From an uncultured Eubacteriales bacterium (GTDB taxonomy: Bacteria; Bacillota; Clostridia; Oscillospirales; CAG-272): a stretch of DNA of 57,839 bases. Made by a program: the position numbers and the translations under genes. The notes below the pieces were generated by a model. The model made no database searches. It had not been told where the DNA came from and was given only the letters and a program-made list of their open reading frames with translations. The DNA lies in contig URCP01000005.1 in NCBI GenBank assembly GCA_900546315.1, forward strand, positions 1 to 57,839, read 5' to 3'. Of this stretch, positions 7,735 through 16,837 are shown one piece after another. Position 1 is the stretch's first letter; each line of letters opens with the position of its first letter.

Positions 7735-10143
7735 TTACTGTTTCTTTGTATCCGGAACGAAGTTCGGCACGAAGCCCTGTCCTTTCGGCTCGGTCATATC
7801 GCGGAAGAGGTCGAGCAGCTCCCTCTCGCCCTTTCCGGAGACTATGAACACCGACTCGGCGCTCTGGAGCTTCATCGTGATCTTCGTGTATATCTCGCCG
7901 CGGTAGTTCACGAGCGTCGACTCCGCGCGGCGTATCTTCCCGTTGTGCGGGTTCCAAAACTCTGGGTTCAGCTCGCCGCGGAGAAGTACATCGCCCTCAT
8001 AATCCTTCGCCGTCGTGTTCGAGAAGTAGTACACGTCGCAGTTCGCCTGCTTCTTGTGGAGTATTCCGAAAACTCCGGTCTTCAGCACCGCGTCGCAGGT
8101 GCCCGACTTCTTGTATAGCGGGCATATCAGGCTCAGCGCGCCGCACTCGTCGAGCGTCGGCATACCGATGACCTCGGCGTCATACGCGACGTCGAATTTG
8201 CCGAGTATATCCGCGATGAGACGGCTCTCGACATGGTAGGTGCCGTCCGCCGCGGTCTTGTCGGCGGGAAGGAAGTACGCCTCGCCGCCGTTATCGTTTT
8301 TGTTGTAGTAAACGTCCTGAATGACAGAGCGTTCGTCTCCGGAAATACCGAATATACCGGTTATCAGCCGGTTAACCTCGTCGTCGGAGTTTTTGTCCGG
8401 CGTGAACTCGAACGCCTTCGTCGGCAGCTCGACGGTCGCGATGATCTTTCCGCCGCTCTCCCAGAACTTCTTTATGAGCCTCAGGTTGTCGAGGCTGATC
8501 ATCGACATTCCGGGCAGGATCAGCACGCGGTATCTCTCGAAGTTATCCTTGTTGTCGAGGTAGAGAACGCCGTCGTCCGCCGTGACCTTCTCGCTCATCA
8601 CCTCAGGATGTATGACGGTGAGATCGCGTCCGGCGTATGCCATTATGCTGTTTATCAGCGTCATATAGTCGGTGTTCGTCGGAGTTATCGAGTGCTCGAA
8701 GCCGTCCGCGTCAGACTCGTAGAGATACATCTGCGAGTGGACCGAATATATCGGATAAAGCATCGCGATATCGCATATATGCCGCCCGCCGCGGAGCATC
8801 GCCTGGCATCTCGTGACGAAATCGAGGTATTCCGGAAGATCGTTCCTGAACTCGGGGTTCCGATGCGACACCTCGTGCGGTATCCGCGCGTTTCCGGAGA
8901 GCCAGAGCGTGTGCGGGACAAGATAGTTCACACCGCGCGAGAAAGCGTTCATCGCCTCGCAGTAAAGAACGCGCTTGTTCAGCACCTCATAGTTTCCGTA
9001 GATCTCGCAGACCACCGTGTCGATATCATAGTTATTGGCGGCGCTCATCGCGATCTTGAGCCCGTTGAAGCCGTACATATACCAGTGTACAAGGTCGAGC
9101 CCGACGGCTCCGCCCTGCTTTCTCCATAAGAACCCGTCGCCGAACAGCCACGAGCAGGAGGCGTCCTTCGGCTCCGCGACGTGACCGGTCGAGATAAGCC
9201 CGTTCCGCCTAGTGAAATCGCCGACCGCCTTGAAGAAGCCCTCGGCGAACATATGCGCGCGGCAGTCCATGAACATCGCCTTGTAGTGCTCGGTGTCGAC
9301 GCCGATGTTCTCCCAGAGCGCGGGATAATACGGCGCCGGGTCGAAGCCGTACCTCTCCTCGAAGACCTCGTTGAAATGTCTGTCCCACATCCGTCTGTTC
9401 GGGACATTGTACTGGAGATCGTCATAGAACGTCATTTTCACGACGTCGCCTATATAGTCCTGATACCTGTCGGTGAAGCGCTTGTAGGTGAGGTTCACGA
9501 AATCCATCGACGCGTCGTAGTCCATGAAGTTGACAAAAGCCGCGCCGAATCTGTCGGCGGGTCTGCAGACGTATTCCTCGATCGTCCAGTTTCCGTCCGG
9601 CACCGTCCAGACGAGTTTTCCGCCGTCCAGATACTCTCTGAGGTCGATGACTGTGCGCTTGTCGTCCTCGACCGCGACGATGCTCATAAGGCTGTAGCCT
9701 TCCCCGGACTGGAGAGCCCTCGAGACATTCTGCCCCTCCATGCACTTGTACTCGAAGCGGCTCAGCATCTGCGCCGTCGAGCCGGGATATTCCCGCTGTA
9801 TCTCGCCTCCGGCGCGCCCGCTCGGGAAATCCACGTCGTCATAATATATGACGCTCATTCCGAGTTCCTTCGCCTTGGCGAGCAGTGCCCCGTAGTCCTC
9901 GTAATATTCGGGCGTGCCGAATTCCGGCTCTGTGCCCGCGTGCCCGCCCTGCGCTGAGACAGGGAGCGGCACGATACCGCCGTATCCGCTCTTTTTATAT
10001 AAAGCGATATTCTTCGCCACGTCCTCGGTGAGCTTCCCGTTCTCGGCAAAGCGTCCGTCCATATGGTAGAACGGCACGGGTCTGAACTCCATCGGCATCG
10101 ACGTGAAATCGCGTTTCAGTTCCTTGTAATTCCTCGCGTTCAT
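7735..10143 (-). CDS. Large intracellular glycoside-hydrolase-like protein (family unassigned)
   Basis: 802 aa with no signal peptide. The N-terminal pattern FRPVPFYHMDG...GYGGIV...YYDDVDFPSGRAGG resembles the uncharacterised 'glycosylhydrolase-like jelly-roll' proteins of Firmicutes and Bacteroidetes. Confidence 0.5.
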   Translation of the reverse strand: MNARNYKELKRDFTSMPMEFRPVPFYHMDGRFAENGKLTEDVAKNIALYKKSGYGGIVPLPVSAQGGHAGTEPEFGTPEYYEDYGALLAKAKELGMSVIYYDDVDFPSGRAGGEIQREYPGSTAQMLSRFEYKCMEGQNVSRALQSGEGYSLMSIVAVEDDKRTVIDLREYLDGGKLVWTVPDGNWTIEEYVCRPADRFGAAFVNFMDYDASMDFVNLTYKRFTDRYQDYIGDVVKMTFYDDLQYNVPNRRMWDRHFNEVFEERYGFDPAPYYPALWENIGVDTEHYKAMFMDCRAHMFAEGFFKAVGDFTRRNGLISTGHVAEPKDASCSWLFGDGFLWRKQGGAVGLDLVHWYMYGFNGLKIAMSAANNYDIDTVVCEIYGNYEVLNKRVLYCEAMNAFSRGVNYLVPHTLWLSGNARIPHEVSHRNPEFRNDLPEYLDFVTRCQAMLRGGRHICDIAMLYPIYSVHSQMYLYESDADGFEHSITPTNTDYMTLINSIMAYAGRDLTVIHPEVMSEKVTADDGVLYLDNKDNFERYRVLILPGMSMISLDNLRLIKKFWESGGKIIATVELPTKAFEFTPDKNSDDEVNRLITGIFGISGDERSVIQDVYYNKNDNGGEAYFLPADKTAADGTYHVESRLIADILGKFDVAYDAEVIGMPTLDECGALSLICPLYKKSGTCDAVLKTGVFGILHKKQANCDVYYFSNTTAKDYEGDVLLRGELNPEFWNPHNGKIRRAESTLVNYRGEIYTKITMKLQSAESVFIVSGKGERELLDLFRDMTEPKGQGFVPNFVPDTKKQ

Positions 10144-10221
10144 TACAGATCAACTCCATTCACATAGCGGCGTCCCGCCGCCGGATCAATTATTTTTTTC
10201 AAATTACTATCTCAGATTGAA

Positions 10222-10250
10222 ATGATACCATATTTATAAGATAAAGTCAA
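10222..10250 (-). promoter_or_regulatory. Promoter of the GH-like gene
   Basis: Minus strand reads TTGACT, 17 bp, then TGgTATCAT. Confidence 0.5.
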
Positions 10251-10394
10251 TAGAAAAACTAAATATTTTCCTGATTTTAACGTTATACACAAAAACAGCA
10301 TTCATATTTTATACATTATGATATCTATATATCACTGTCAAAGAGCATTTGTCATTTTTTCTGTCGGAATGTTTCCTTAAATTTATATTTTATA

Positions 10395-10423
10395 TTGACT
10401 TTTCTGACAGGAGAATGTATAAT
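10395..10423 (+). promoter_or_regulatory. Promoter of the ABC/DUF1854 operon
   Basis: TTGACT (10395-10400), 17 bp, then TGtTATAAT (10416-10423). It is followed by a ~140-nt GC-rich leader. Confidence 0.6.
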
Positions 10424-10569
10424 ATTTATACTGCCTGCCGCGCGCGTGCGTTATATCGCCGGCGCGTCAGACACAGTCGGTTTGAAATTCATGGATCGCC
10501 CGCACCGCGGGATGGTCTTACACACGAGAAAGCGCTGAGTTCCGCACCGGCGTTTTCCTGACGAAAGGA

Positions 10570-12891
10570 GTGACAACATTGGTCGCACTCGACAATTACC
10601 CGGCGGGGCTCATAGAGGCGATCGACCGCCGCGGCATCTCAGAGGATAAGCTGCTGCTCATCGCAAAATGCGACATGAACAAGGAAGGCGCCCACTGCGA
10701 CTGCTATCTCGCCGCCACTGCGGACGAGCTCATGATCATCTCGGGTACGATAACGCTGAAGGGCACCGAGGACAAGCTGAAGCGCACCTTCGCCGGTCCC
10801 GCCGCGAGAAGGCTTGAGGCGTCGTTCACCGAACTGTCCTATGAGTGTCATATGCTCTCGGACCTTGACGATTTCACGGTGGAGGAGCTTCTGTCTTCCG
10901 GTCGCCTGACGGCTAAGAGCGGGAAGTCCGGAGGACGCATACTGCTCGCGGTCTTCACGAACACGTCGAAGCAGCAGATGAACCTCTTCTGCAAGTACAT
11001 AAAGAAGGCAAAGGAAGGGGGACCCTTCGAGCTCGACAAGGAGGACTCGAAGGAGGCGCTGTTCTGCCCGAAATGCGGCGCGCGCTACCCCGACCCGAAC
11101 CGGAAGATCTGCCCGAGGTGCATGGACAAGGGCAAGCTCGTGAAGCGCATGAGCGTATTCTTCGTGAAGTACAAGCGTCAGCTGATAATTGTGCTGACGA
11201 TGCTTATACTGATGAGCGCGCTCGGCGTTCTGTCGCCGTATGTCGGCTCCGCGTTCTATTATGATCAGGTGCTCGACAAGACCGGTTCTTTCTACGGTCA
11301 GATACTTCTTGTGCTCGCGATCATACTCGGAATGAGGATATTCAGCACTCTCCTGAATATGTTCAACGGAATCATCACCTCGCGCATCGCGGCGCTGATA
11401 AACTACGACCTGAAGCAGACGATCTTCAACGCGATCCAGCGCCTGTCGATCAGCTTCTTCACCGGACGTCAGACCGGCGGTCTTATGACCCAGGTCAACA
11501 ACGACGCGCAGACGATATACTGGTTCTTCTGCGACGGTTTCCCGTGGTTCCTCGTGAATGTCGTTCAGGTTCTGGCGCTCGTGGTCATAATGTTCATACT
11601 GAATCCTCTGCTCGCGTTCCTGTCGCTCATCACGATACCCGCGTTCGTCATCATTGTGAAGTTCATATTTGACAGGCTCGACAAACTTCACGCGAAGAGA
11701 TATTCGAGCTCCCGCTCAATGAACGGCGCGCTGTCAGACATACTCGGCGGCATACGCGTCGTCAAGGCGTTCTCGAAGGAAAAGAACGAGACGAGGCGCT
11801 TCAACCGCTATTCGGAGCGTCTCGCGACGAACGAGAAGAACCTGTCGGATTTCCAGAACATGGCGTTCCCGGCGGCGAGCTTCATACTCTACCTCGGAAA
11901 CATAATCGTCTGGGGAATCGGCGGATGGATGGTCATCCACGGCGACGGAAATTTCACGTATGGTCTGCTCGCGACCTTTGTCGCCTATATGAACATGGTC
12001 TATGACCCGATGTATTTCTTCATAGACATGACATACTGGGCGGCCGACTGTCTCAACGCCTGCTCGAGGCTCTTTGAGGTCATGGACGCCGTGCCGGAGG
12101 TCGTTGAGTCGGAGCACCCGGTTCCGATGGAGAGAGTCGACGGACGCGTCACGTTCAACAACGTGGAGTTCTCCTACGAGAAGAACCGCAAGGTCATCGA
12201 CGGCGTCAGCTTCGATATCGAGCCCGGAAAGGTCATCGGCATCGTCGGTCACACCGGCGCCGGAAAATCGACTTTAGCGAACCTGCTGATACGTCTCTAC
12301 GACGTGACATCCGGCGAGATACTGATAGACGGGGTCAACGTGAAGGACATATCCTTCGCGGATCTCAGGAAGAATATCGCGATAGTGTCGCAGGAGACGT
12401 ATCTCTTCATGGGCACGATCCTCGACAATATCCGCTACGCGAGACCGGACGCCACACTCGACGAGGTCATCGAGGCGTCGAAGATCGCGGGCGCTCACGA
12501 CTTCATAATGAAGCTCCCGGACGCCTACGCGACGAGAATCGGCTTCGGCTACAAGGATCTGTCCGGAGGCGAGAGACAGAGAGTCTCAATCGCGAGAGCG
12601 GTGCTGAGAAATCCGCGCATACTCATTCTCGATGAGGCTACCGCGGCGATGGACACCGAGACCGAGAGACAGATACAGACAGCGCTTGAACGCCTCGTCA
12701 AGGGCCGCACGACGATAATGATCGCGCACCGTCTCTCGACGCTTCGCGACGCCGACAAGCTCATCGTCATAGAGAACGGAAAGATGCCGGAGTTCGGCAC
12801 GCATTCCGAGCTCATCGCGAAGAAGGGCATATACTTCAACCTCTACAAGATGCAGGTCGAGGCGCTGAAGAATATCGGTATAGAAGAATAG
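10570..12891 (+). CDS. ABC exporter half-transporter (TMD-NBD) with a ~190-aa N-terminal cytosolic module ending in a zinc ribbon
   Basis: Walker A GHTGAGKST, signature LSGGERQ, Walker B ILILDEAT, H-loop IAHRLST. CPKCGARYPDPNRKICPRC is encoded at nt 11065-11121. GTG start after RBS AAAGGAG. Confidence 0.85.
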   Translation: MTTLVALDNYPAGLIEAIDRRGISEDKLLLIAKCDMNKEGAHCDCYLAATADELMIISGTITLKGTEDKLKRTFAGPAARRLEASFTELSYECHMLSDLDDFTVEELLSSGRLTAKSGKSGGRILLAVFTNTSKQQMNLFCKYIKKAKEGGPFELDKEDSKEALFCPKCGARYPDPNRKICPRCMDKGKLVKRMSVFFVKYKRQLIIVLTMLILMSALGVLSPYVGSAFYYDQVLDKTGSFYGQILLVLAIILGMRIFSTLLNMFNGIITSRIAALINYDLKQTIFNAIQRLSISFFTGRQTGGLMTQVNNDAQTIYWFFCDGFPWFLVNVVQVLALVVIMFILNPLLAFLSLITIPAFVIIVKFIFDRLDKLHAKRYSSSRSMNGALSDILGGIRVVKAFSKEKNETRRFNRYSERLATNEKNLSDFQNMAFPAASFILYLGNIIVWGIGGWMVIHGDGNFTYGLLATFVAYMNMVYDPMYFFIDMTYWAADCLNACSRLFEVMDAVPEVVESEHPVPMERVDGRVTFNNVEFSYEKNRKVIDGVSFDIEPGKVIGIVGHTGAGKSTLANLLIRLYDVTSGEILIDGVNVKDISFADLRKNIAIVSQETYLFMGTILDNIRYARPDATLDEVIEASKIAGAHDFIMKLPDAYATRIGFGYKDLSGGERQRVSIARAVLRNPRILILDEATAAMDTETERQIQTALERLVKGRTTIMIAHRLSTLRDADKLIVIENGKMPEFGTHSELIAKKGIYFNLYKMQVEALKNIGIEE

Positions 12892-12915
12892 TGACAAGAT
12901 GAAAGGGATGACAAA

Positions 12916-13608
12916 ATGCCTGACATGACAAAACAGACGGATACCCCGGCGGGGCTCTCCGGCATAGTCAATATAATCTACCTGAACCGTGACAACTGTG
13001 AGATAACCGAGAAGAACGGCTTCATAGGTCTGAAGGCTGTCGTCGACAAGCCCGACGGCTGGACGGCTCCGGAGGAAAAGAAGGACGAGAAGCCGTCAGA
13101 CAAACCCGACGAAAAGGACGGGAAGAAGGAAGAAAAGAAGCCCGAGAAAAAGGCGGTCGAGGAGCGTCTTTTAGAGAACGGAAAGCTCGAGAAGACGGCG
13201 GAGCGCATATTCCTCTCCCGCGCGTTCCCGTTCGATATGCCGCTTGAGTACATCTCGGTGCTCGACCGGGACAAGAAAGAGATCGGCTTCATCCGCTCGC
13301 TCGACGACTTCGACGAGCCGGCGAGAGGTATGCTGCTGCACGAGCTCGAGGCAAAATACTACACGCCGAAGATAAAGAAAATATATTCGGTAAAGGAGCG
13401 CTACGGCTTCTCATACTGGAAGACCGAGTGCGAGTTCGGTGAGAAGAGCTTCACGCTTCAGGACACGTTCAGAAGCATAATCCGCTCGCACCTCGCGGAC
13501 GGCACCGAGCGGGTGTTCATCCTCGACGTCGACGGAAACCGCTACGAGATCGAGAACGTCGAGGCTCTCGACAGACAGAGCTACAAGAAGATAGAGCTTT
13601 ACTTATGA
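12916..13608 (+). CDS. DUF1854-like protein with an internal K/E-rich linker
   Basis: The C-terminal ~130 aa (RAFPFDMPLEYISVLDRDKKEIGFIRSLDDF...ILDVDGNRYEIENVEALDRQSYKKIELY) matches my recollection of PF08909. Not verified by HMM. Confidence 0.6.
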   Translation: MPDMTKQTDTPAGLSGIVNIIYLNRDNCEITEKNGFIGLKAVVDKPDGWTAPEEKKDEKPSDKPDEKDGKKEEKKPEKKAVEERLLENGKLEKTAERIFLSRAFPFDMPLEYISVLDRDKKEIGFIRSLDDFDEPARGMLLHELEAKYYTPKIKKIYSVKERYGFSYWKTECEFGEKSFTLQDTFRSIIRSHLADGTERVFILDVDGNRYEIENVEALDRQSYKKIELYL

Positions 13609-14387
13609 AAAACTACGACAAGGACCGCTATACGTCGATCAATTCCGAGACATGGGACGAATGGGCGGAAAACGGCTGCGAATGGACAATCCCGGTCACG
13701 CACGATGAGTTCCTGTCGGCAAAGGAGAGCGGAAAGGTCCGCGTGTATCTGACCCCGTGCGTCACCGTGCCGGACGAGTGGCTCGGAGATCTCCGCGGGA
13801 AACGCCTTCTCGGTCTCGCGAGCGGCGGGGCTCAGCAGATGCCGCTCTTCGCGGCGGCGGGCGCGGTCTGCACCGTGTTCGACTTTTCGGACAGTCAGCT
13901 CGAAAAGGAAAGGATCATGTCGGAGCGCGAGGGCTACGCGATAGATATCGTGAAAGGCGATATGTCAAAGCCGCTTCCCTTCCCGGACGACAGCTTTGAT
14001 ATCATATTCCACCCGGTCTCGAACTGCTACGTGAGGGACGTGAGACATATCTGGCGCGAGTGCGCGAGACTGCTTGTCCCGGGCGGGAGACTGCTCGCCG
14101 GGTTCGACAACGGGCTGAATTTCCTGTTCGACGACACGCTGACCGAGCCGCTGACGCTGAAGAACCGCCTCCCGTTCGACCCTCTCGAAATGGACGACAA
14201 AGAGTTCCGCCGTATGCGCGACAACGCCGAGGGAATACAGTTCTCCCATTCGATGGAGGAGCAGATAGGCGGACAACTCGAGGCGGGGCTGTGTCTGAGG
14301 GCTCTCTATGAGGACCGCGACCGTGACGGAGCGCTGCGGAACTATGTCCCGCAGTATATGGCGACCCTCTCGGTAAAGCCCGGATAA
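13605..14387 (+). CDS. Class I SAM-dependent methyltransferase
   Basis: Motif I LGLASGGAQQ and a Methyltransf_11-like DIVKGDMSKPLPFPDDSFDIIFHP. Its start overlaps the DUF1854 stop (ATGA at 13605-13608). Confidence 0.75.
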   Translation: MKNYDKDRYTSINSETWDEWAENGCEWTIPVTHDEFLSAKESGKVRVYLTPCVTVPDEWLGDLRGKRLLGLASGGAQQMPLFAAAGAVCTVFDFSDSQLEKERIMSEREGYAIDIVKGDMSKPLPFPDDSFDIIFHPVSNCYVRDVRHIWRECARLLVPGGRLLAGFDNGLNFLFDDTLTEPLTLKNRLPFDPLEMDDKEFRRMRDNAEGIQFSHSMEEQIGGQLEAGLCLRALYEDRDRDGALRNYVPQYMATLSVKPG

Positions 14388-14424
14388 CGCCGCCCTGTGA
14401 CCTTATGAAAGGATGTGAAAATCA

Positions 14425-16710
14425 ATGAGCGAACACATAAACGACCTGACCGGAAGCGAGGAAGCCGCGCTCAGACGCATAAACGACCGCAAGGACGCCA
14501 TGTGGAACCGTCTTCACAAGACCGACGCGTCGGTAAAACGTGAGGACACGGTCGTCATTTTCGACTACGACCTCGCGCCGCGCGTCACCGGGCAGAACGA
14601 AACCGATCAGCGCGCGGACGGTCTCTGCTGCCTGACGAAGGACTCTCTCATAGTCTACATGAACGGCGAGCGGGTGCATGAGATACCTCTCGCGTCGGCT
14701 GAGGATTTCAGGATAACCGCCGGGGTCGGAAGCGTCGTCTGCGAGTGTACTGTCGACGGCTCCGACACACTCATATGCCGCAGCGACGCCTCGCACACCT
14801 CGGAGCAGGGCGCTGTCATGAAACGGATAAACAAGTACAAGGAAACCGGCGAGTTCAGGTTCGACTACATAAACGAGATCGTGCGTTTCTGCGAGAAATG
14901 CGGACGTCCGCTACCGCCCGGCTCGACCGTCTGCCCGAGGTGCGTCGACAAGAAGGGCGTCATGAAGCGGCTCTGGGACATCGCGAAGCCCTATAAGTGG
15001 TCTCTCGCCGTGTCTATGCTGCTGTTCTTCGTGATAACCGGCGTGAACCTGATCACACCGTGGGTCAACCGGATACTCGTTGACGATTTCATCAAGTCGC
15101 CGACGCCGGAGAATGTCGTTCTCTGGCAGTTCGTGCTCGTCATCGTCTCGCTCGCCGCGATATATATCGTGTCGAGCCTGCTGTCGGTTCTCCGCAGCAG
15201 CGTGCTGATATCGACGAGCAACAAGGTCATAATAAAGCTCCGGAGCATGGTCTTCGGAAAGATACAGCAGATGTCGATCGCGCGTATCTCAAAGCGCACC
15301 GCGGGAGAGCTGATGAACCGCGTCAACAGCGACACCTCACAGATTCAGTCGTTCATCACGAACACCGTGCCGGATCTTGTGCAGCAGTCGCTGATACTTG
15401 TCTCGGTGTCGGTCATGCTGTTCATATATGACTGGCGGCTGGCGCTGATGATACTGCTTCCGGCGCCGTTCGTGTCGCTGTCGTTCAGGCTGTTCTGGCA
15501 GTTCATGCACAGGCTGTACAACAAGTCGTGGCATATCGGCTCGAAGAGCAATACAATCCTTCATGATATATTCTCCGGAATCCGCGTCGTTAAGGCGTTC
15601 GGCATGGAGGCGCGGGAGGCGAAAAGGTTCGACGACGCCTCAAAGGAGGCAAGGGACATCAATATCCGCAATGAAAGGCTCTGGGCGACCGTGTGGCCGT
15701 GGCTGAACTTCTTCATGGGTATCGGTGAGTTTTTCCTGCTCTATTACGCCGGAAACAAGATAATCGGCGGCGAGATGACGCTTGGTCAGATGACACAGTT
15801 CTCCGCTTATGTCGGGATGATCTACGGACCGCTGAGATGGGTCGCCAACCTGCCGAGGCGTCTTGTGCAGTTCATGACCTCAACGGCGAAGGTCTTTGAG
15901 ATCATAGACGAGAAGATCGACGTTCCGGACAAGGAGAACGCCATGGACATAAAGATAAAGGGAACGATAGATTTCGAGAACGTGTCGTTCGGATATGACG
16001 AGACGAATGAGGTTCTCAAGAAGATCAACCTTCACGTCGAGCCGGGCGAGATGATCGGTATCGTCGGGCGTTCCGGCGTCGGAAAGTCGACGCTGATAAA
16101 TCTTCTGATGCGGATGTATGACGTTGACGAGGGCTGTATCAGGGTTGACGGCGTCGATATACGTGATCTGTCGCAGGATTGTCTGAGGTCGCAGACGGGC
16201 GTGGTGCTTCAGGAGACGTTCCTGTTCGCGGGGACTATCTATGATAATATCGCTTACGCGAAGCCGGACGCGAGCCGGGATGAGATAATCACGGCGGCTA
16301 AGATCGCGGGGGCGCATGAGTTTATCATGAAGTTGCCGGACGCGTATAATACGAAGGTCGGCGAGAAAGGGCATACCTTGTCGGGCGGAGAGAGGCAGAG
16401 GGTTTCGATCGCGCGGGCGCTGCTGCATAATCCGCGGATATTGATTCTTGATGAGGCGACGGCGTCGCTTGACACTGAGACTGAGCGGCAGATACAGGAG
16501 TCGCTTCAGAAGCTGACGAAGGACAGGACGACGTTCGCGATAGCTCATCGTCTGTCAACGCTCCGGAACGCGACGCGCCTGATTGTGCTTGACAAGGGCA
16601 CGATCGCCGAGATGGGCACGCACGACGAGCTGATGCGAAAGAAGGGCATCTACTACGGTCTCGTGATGGCGCAGCGCCAGATGTCAAAAATGAAGCCGAA
16701 AACGGCGTAA
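14425..16710 (+). CDS. Second ABC exporter half-transporter with a homologous N-terminal module plus zinc ribbon
   Basis: GRSGVGKST, LSGGERQ, ILILDEAT, IAHRLST. CEKCGRPLPPGSTVCPRC is encoded at nt 14890-14943. Confidence 0.85.
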   Translation: MSEHINDLTGSEEAALRRINDRKDAMWNRLHKTDASVKREDTVVIFDYDLAPRVTGQNETDQRADGLCCLTKDSLIVYMNGERVHEIPLASAEDFRITAGVGSVVCECTVDGSDTLICRSDASHTSEQGAVMKRINKYKETGEFRFDYINEIVRFCEKCGRPLPPGSTVCPRCVDKKGVMKRLWDIAKPYKWSLAVSMLLFFVITGVNLITPWVNRILVDDFIKSPTPENVVLWQFVLVIVSLAAIYIVSSLLSVLRSSVLISTSNKVIIKLRSMVFGKIQQMSIARISKRTAGELMNRVNSDTSQIQSFITNTVPDLVQQSLILVSVSVMLFIYDWRLALMILLPAPFVSLSFRLFWQFMHRLYNKSWHIGSKSNTILHDIFSGIRVVKAFGMEAREAKRFDDASKEARDINIRNERLWATVWPWLNFFMGIGEFFLLYYAGNKIIGGEMTLGQMTQFSAYVGMIYGPLRWVANLPRRLVQFMTSTAKVFEIIDEKIDVPDKENAMDIKIKGTIDFENVSFGYDETNEVLKKINLHVEPGEMIGIVGRSGVGKSTLINLLMRMYDVDEGCIRVDGVDIRDLSQDCLRSQTGVVLQETFLFAGTIYDNIAYAKPDASRDEIITAAKIAGAHEFIMKLPDAYNTKVGEKGHTLSGGERQRVSIARALLHNPRILILDEATASLDTETERQIQESLQKLTKDRTTFAIAHRLSTLRNATRLIVLDKGTIAEMGTHDELMRKKGIYYGLVMAQRQMSKMKPKTA

Positions 16711-16715
16711 AAATG

Positions 16716-16752
16716 AACGCCGACCGCGATTGAACGGTCGGCGTTGTTTCTT
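16716..16752 (+). terminator. Intrinsic terminator of the ABC operon
   Basis: AACGCCGACCG-cgattgaa-CGGTCGGCGTT followed by GTTTCTT. Confidence 0.75.
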
Positions 16753-16832
16753 CATTTACCGTTGTATGAAGTTTACGGAAGGAAGGGGGTTCGGGGGAGG
16801 GAAACCGCTTTTCAAAGCGGTTTCTTTCCCCC
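16750..16832 (-). repeat. Hairpin plus pyrimidine-tract repeat, copy 1 (3' of the fucosidase gene)
   Basis: Minus strand reads GGGGGAAAGAAACCGC-TTTGAAAA-GCGGTTTCCCTCCCCC, then GAACCCCCTTCCTTCCGTAAACTTCATACA. It is homologous to 19219-19300. Confidence 0.65.
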
Positions 16833-16837
16833 GATTT

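Noticed and set aside
10349-10561. 70-aa ORF in the ABC operon upstream region, including an internal ATG right after AGGAGA.
   Set aside because: It spans the promoter -35/-10 itself. The internal ATG abuts the putative RBS with no spacing and lies within the -10 box.
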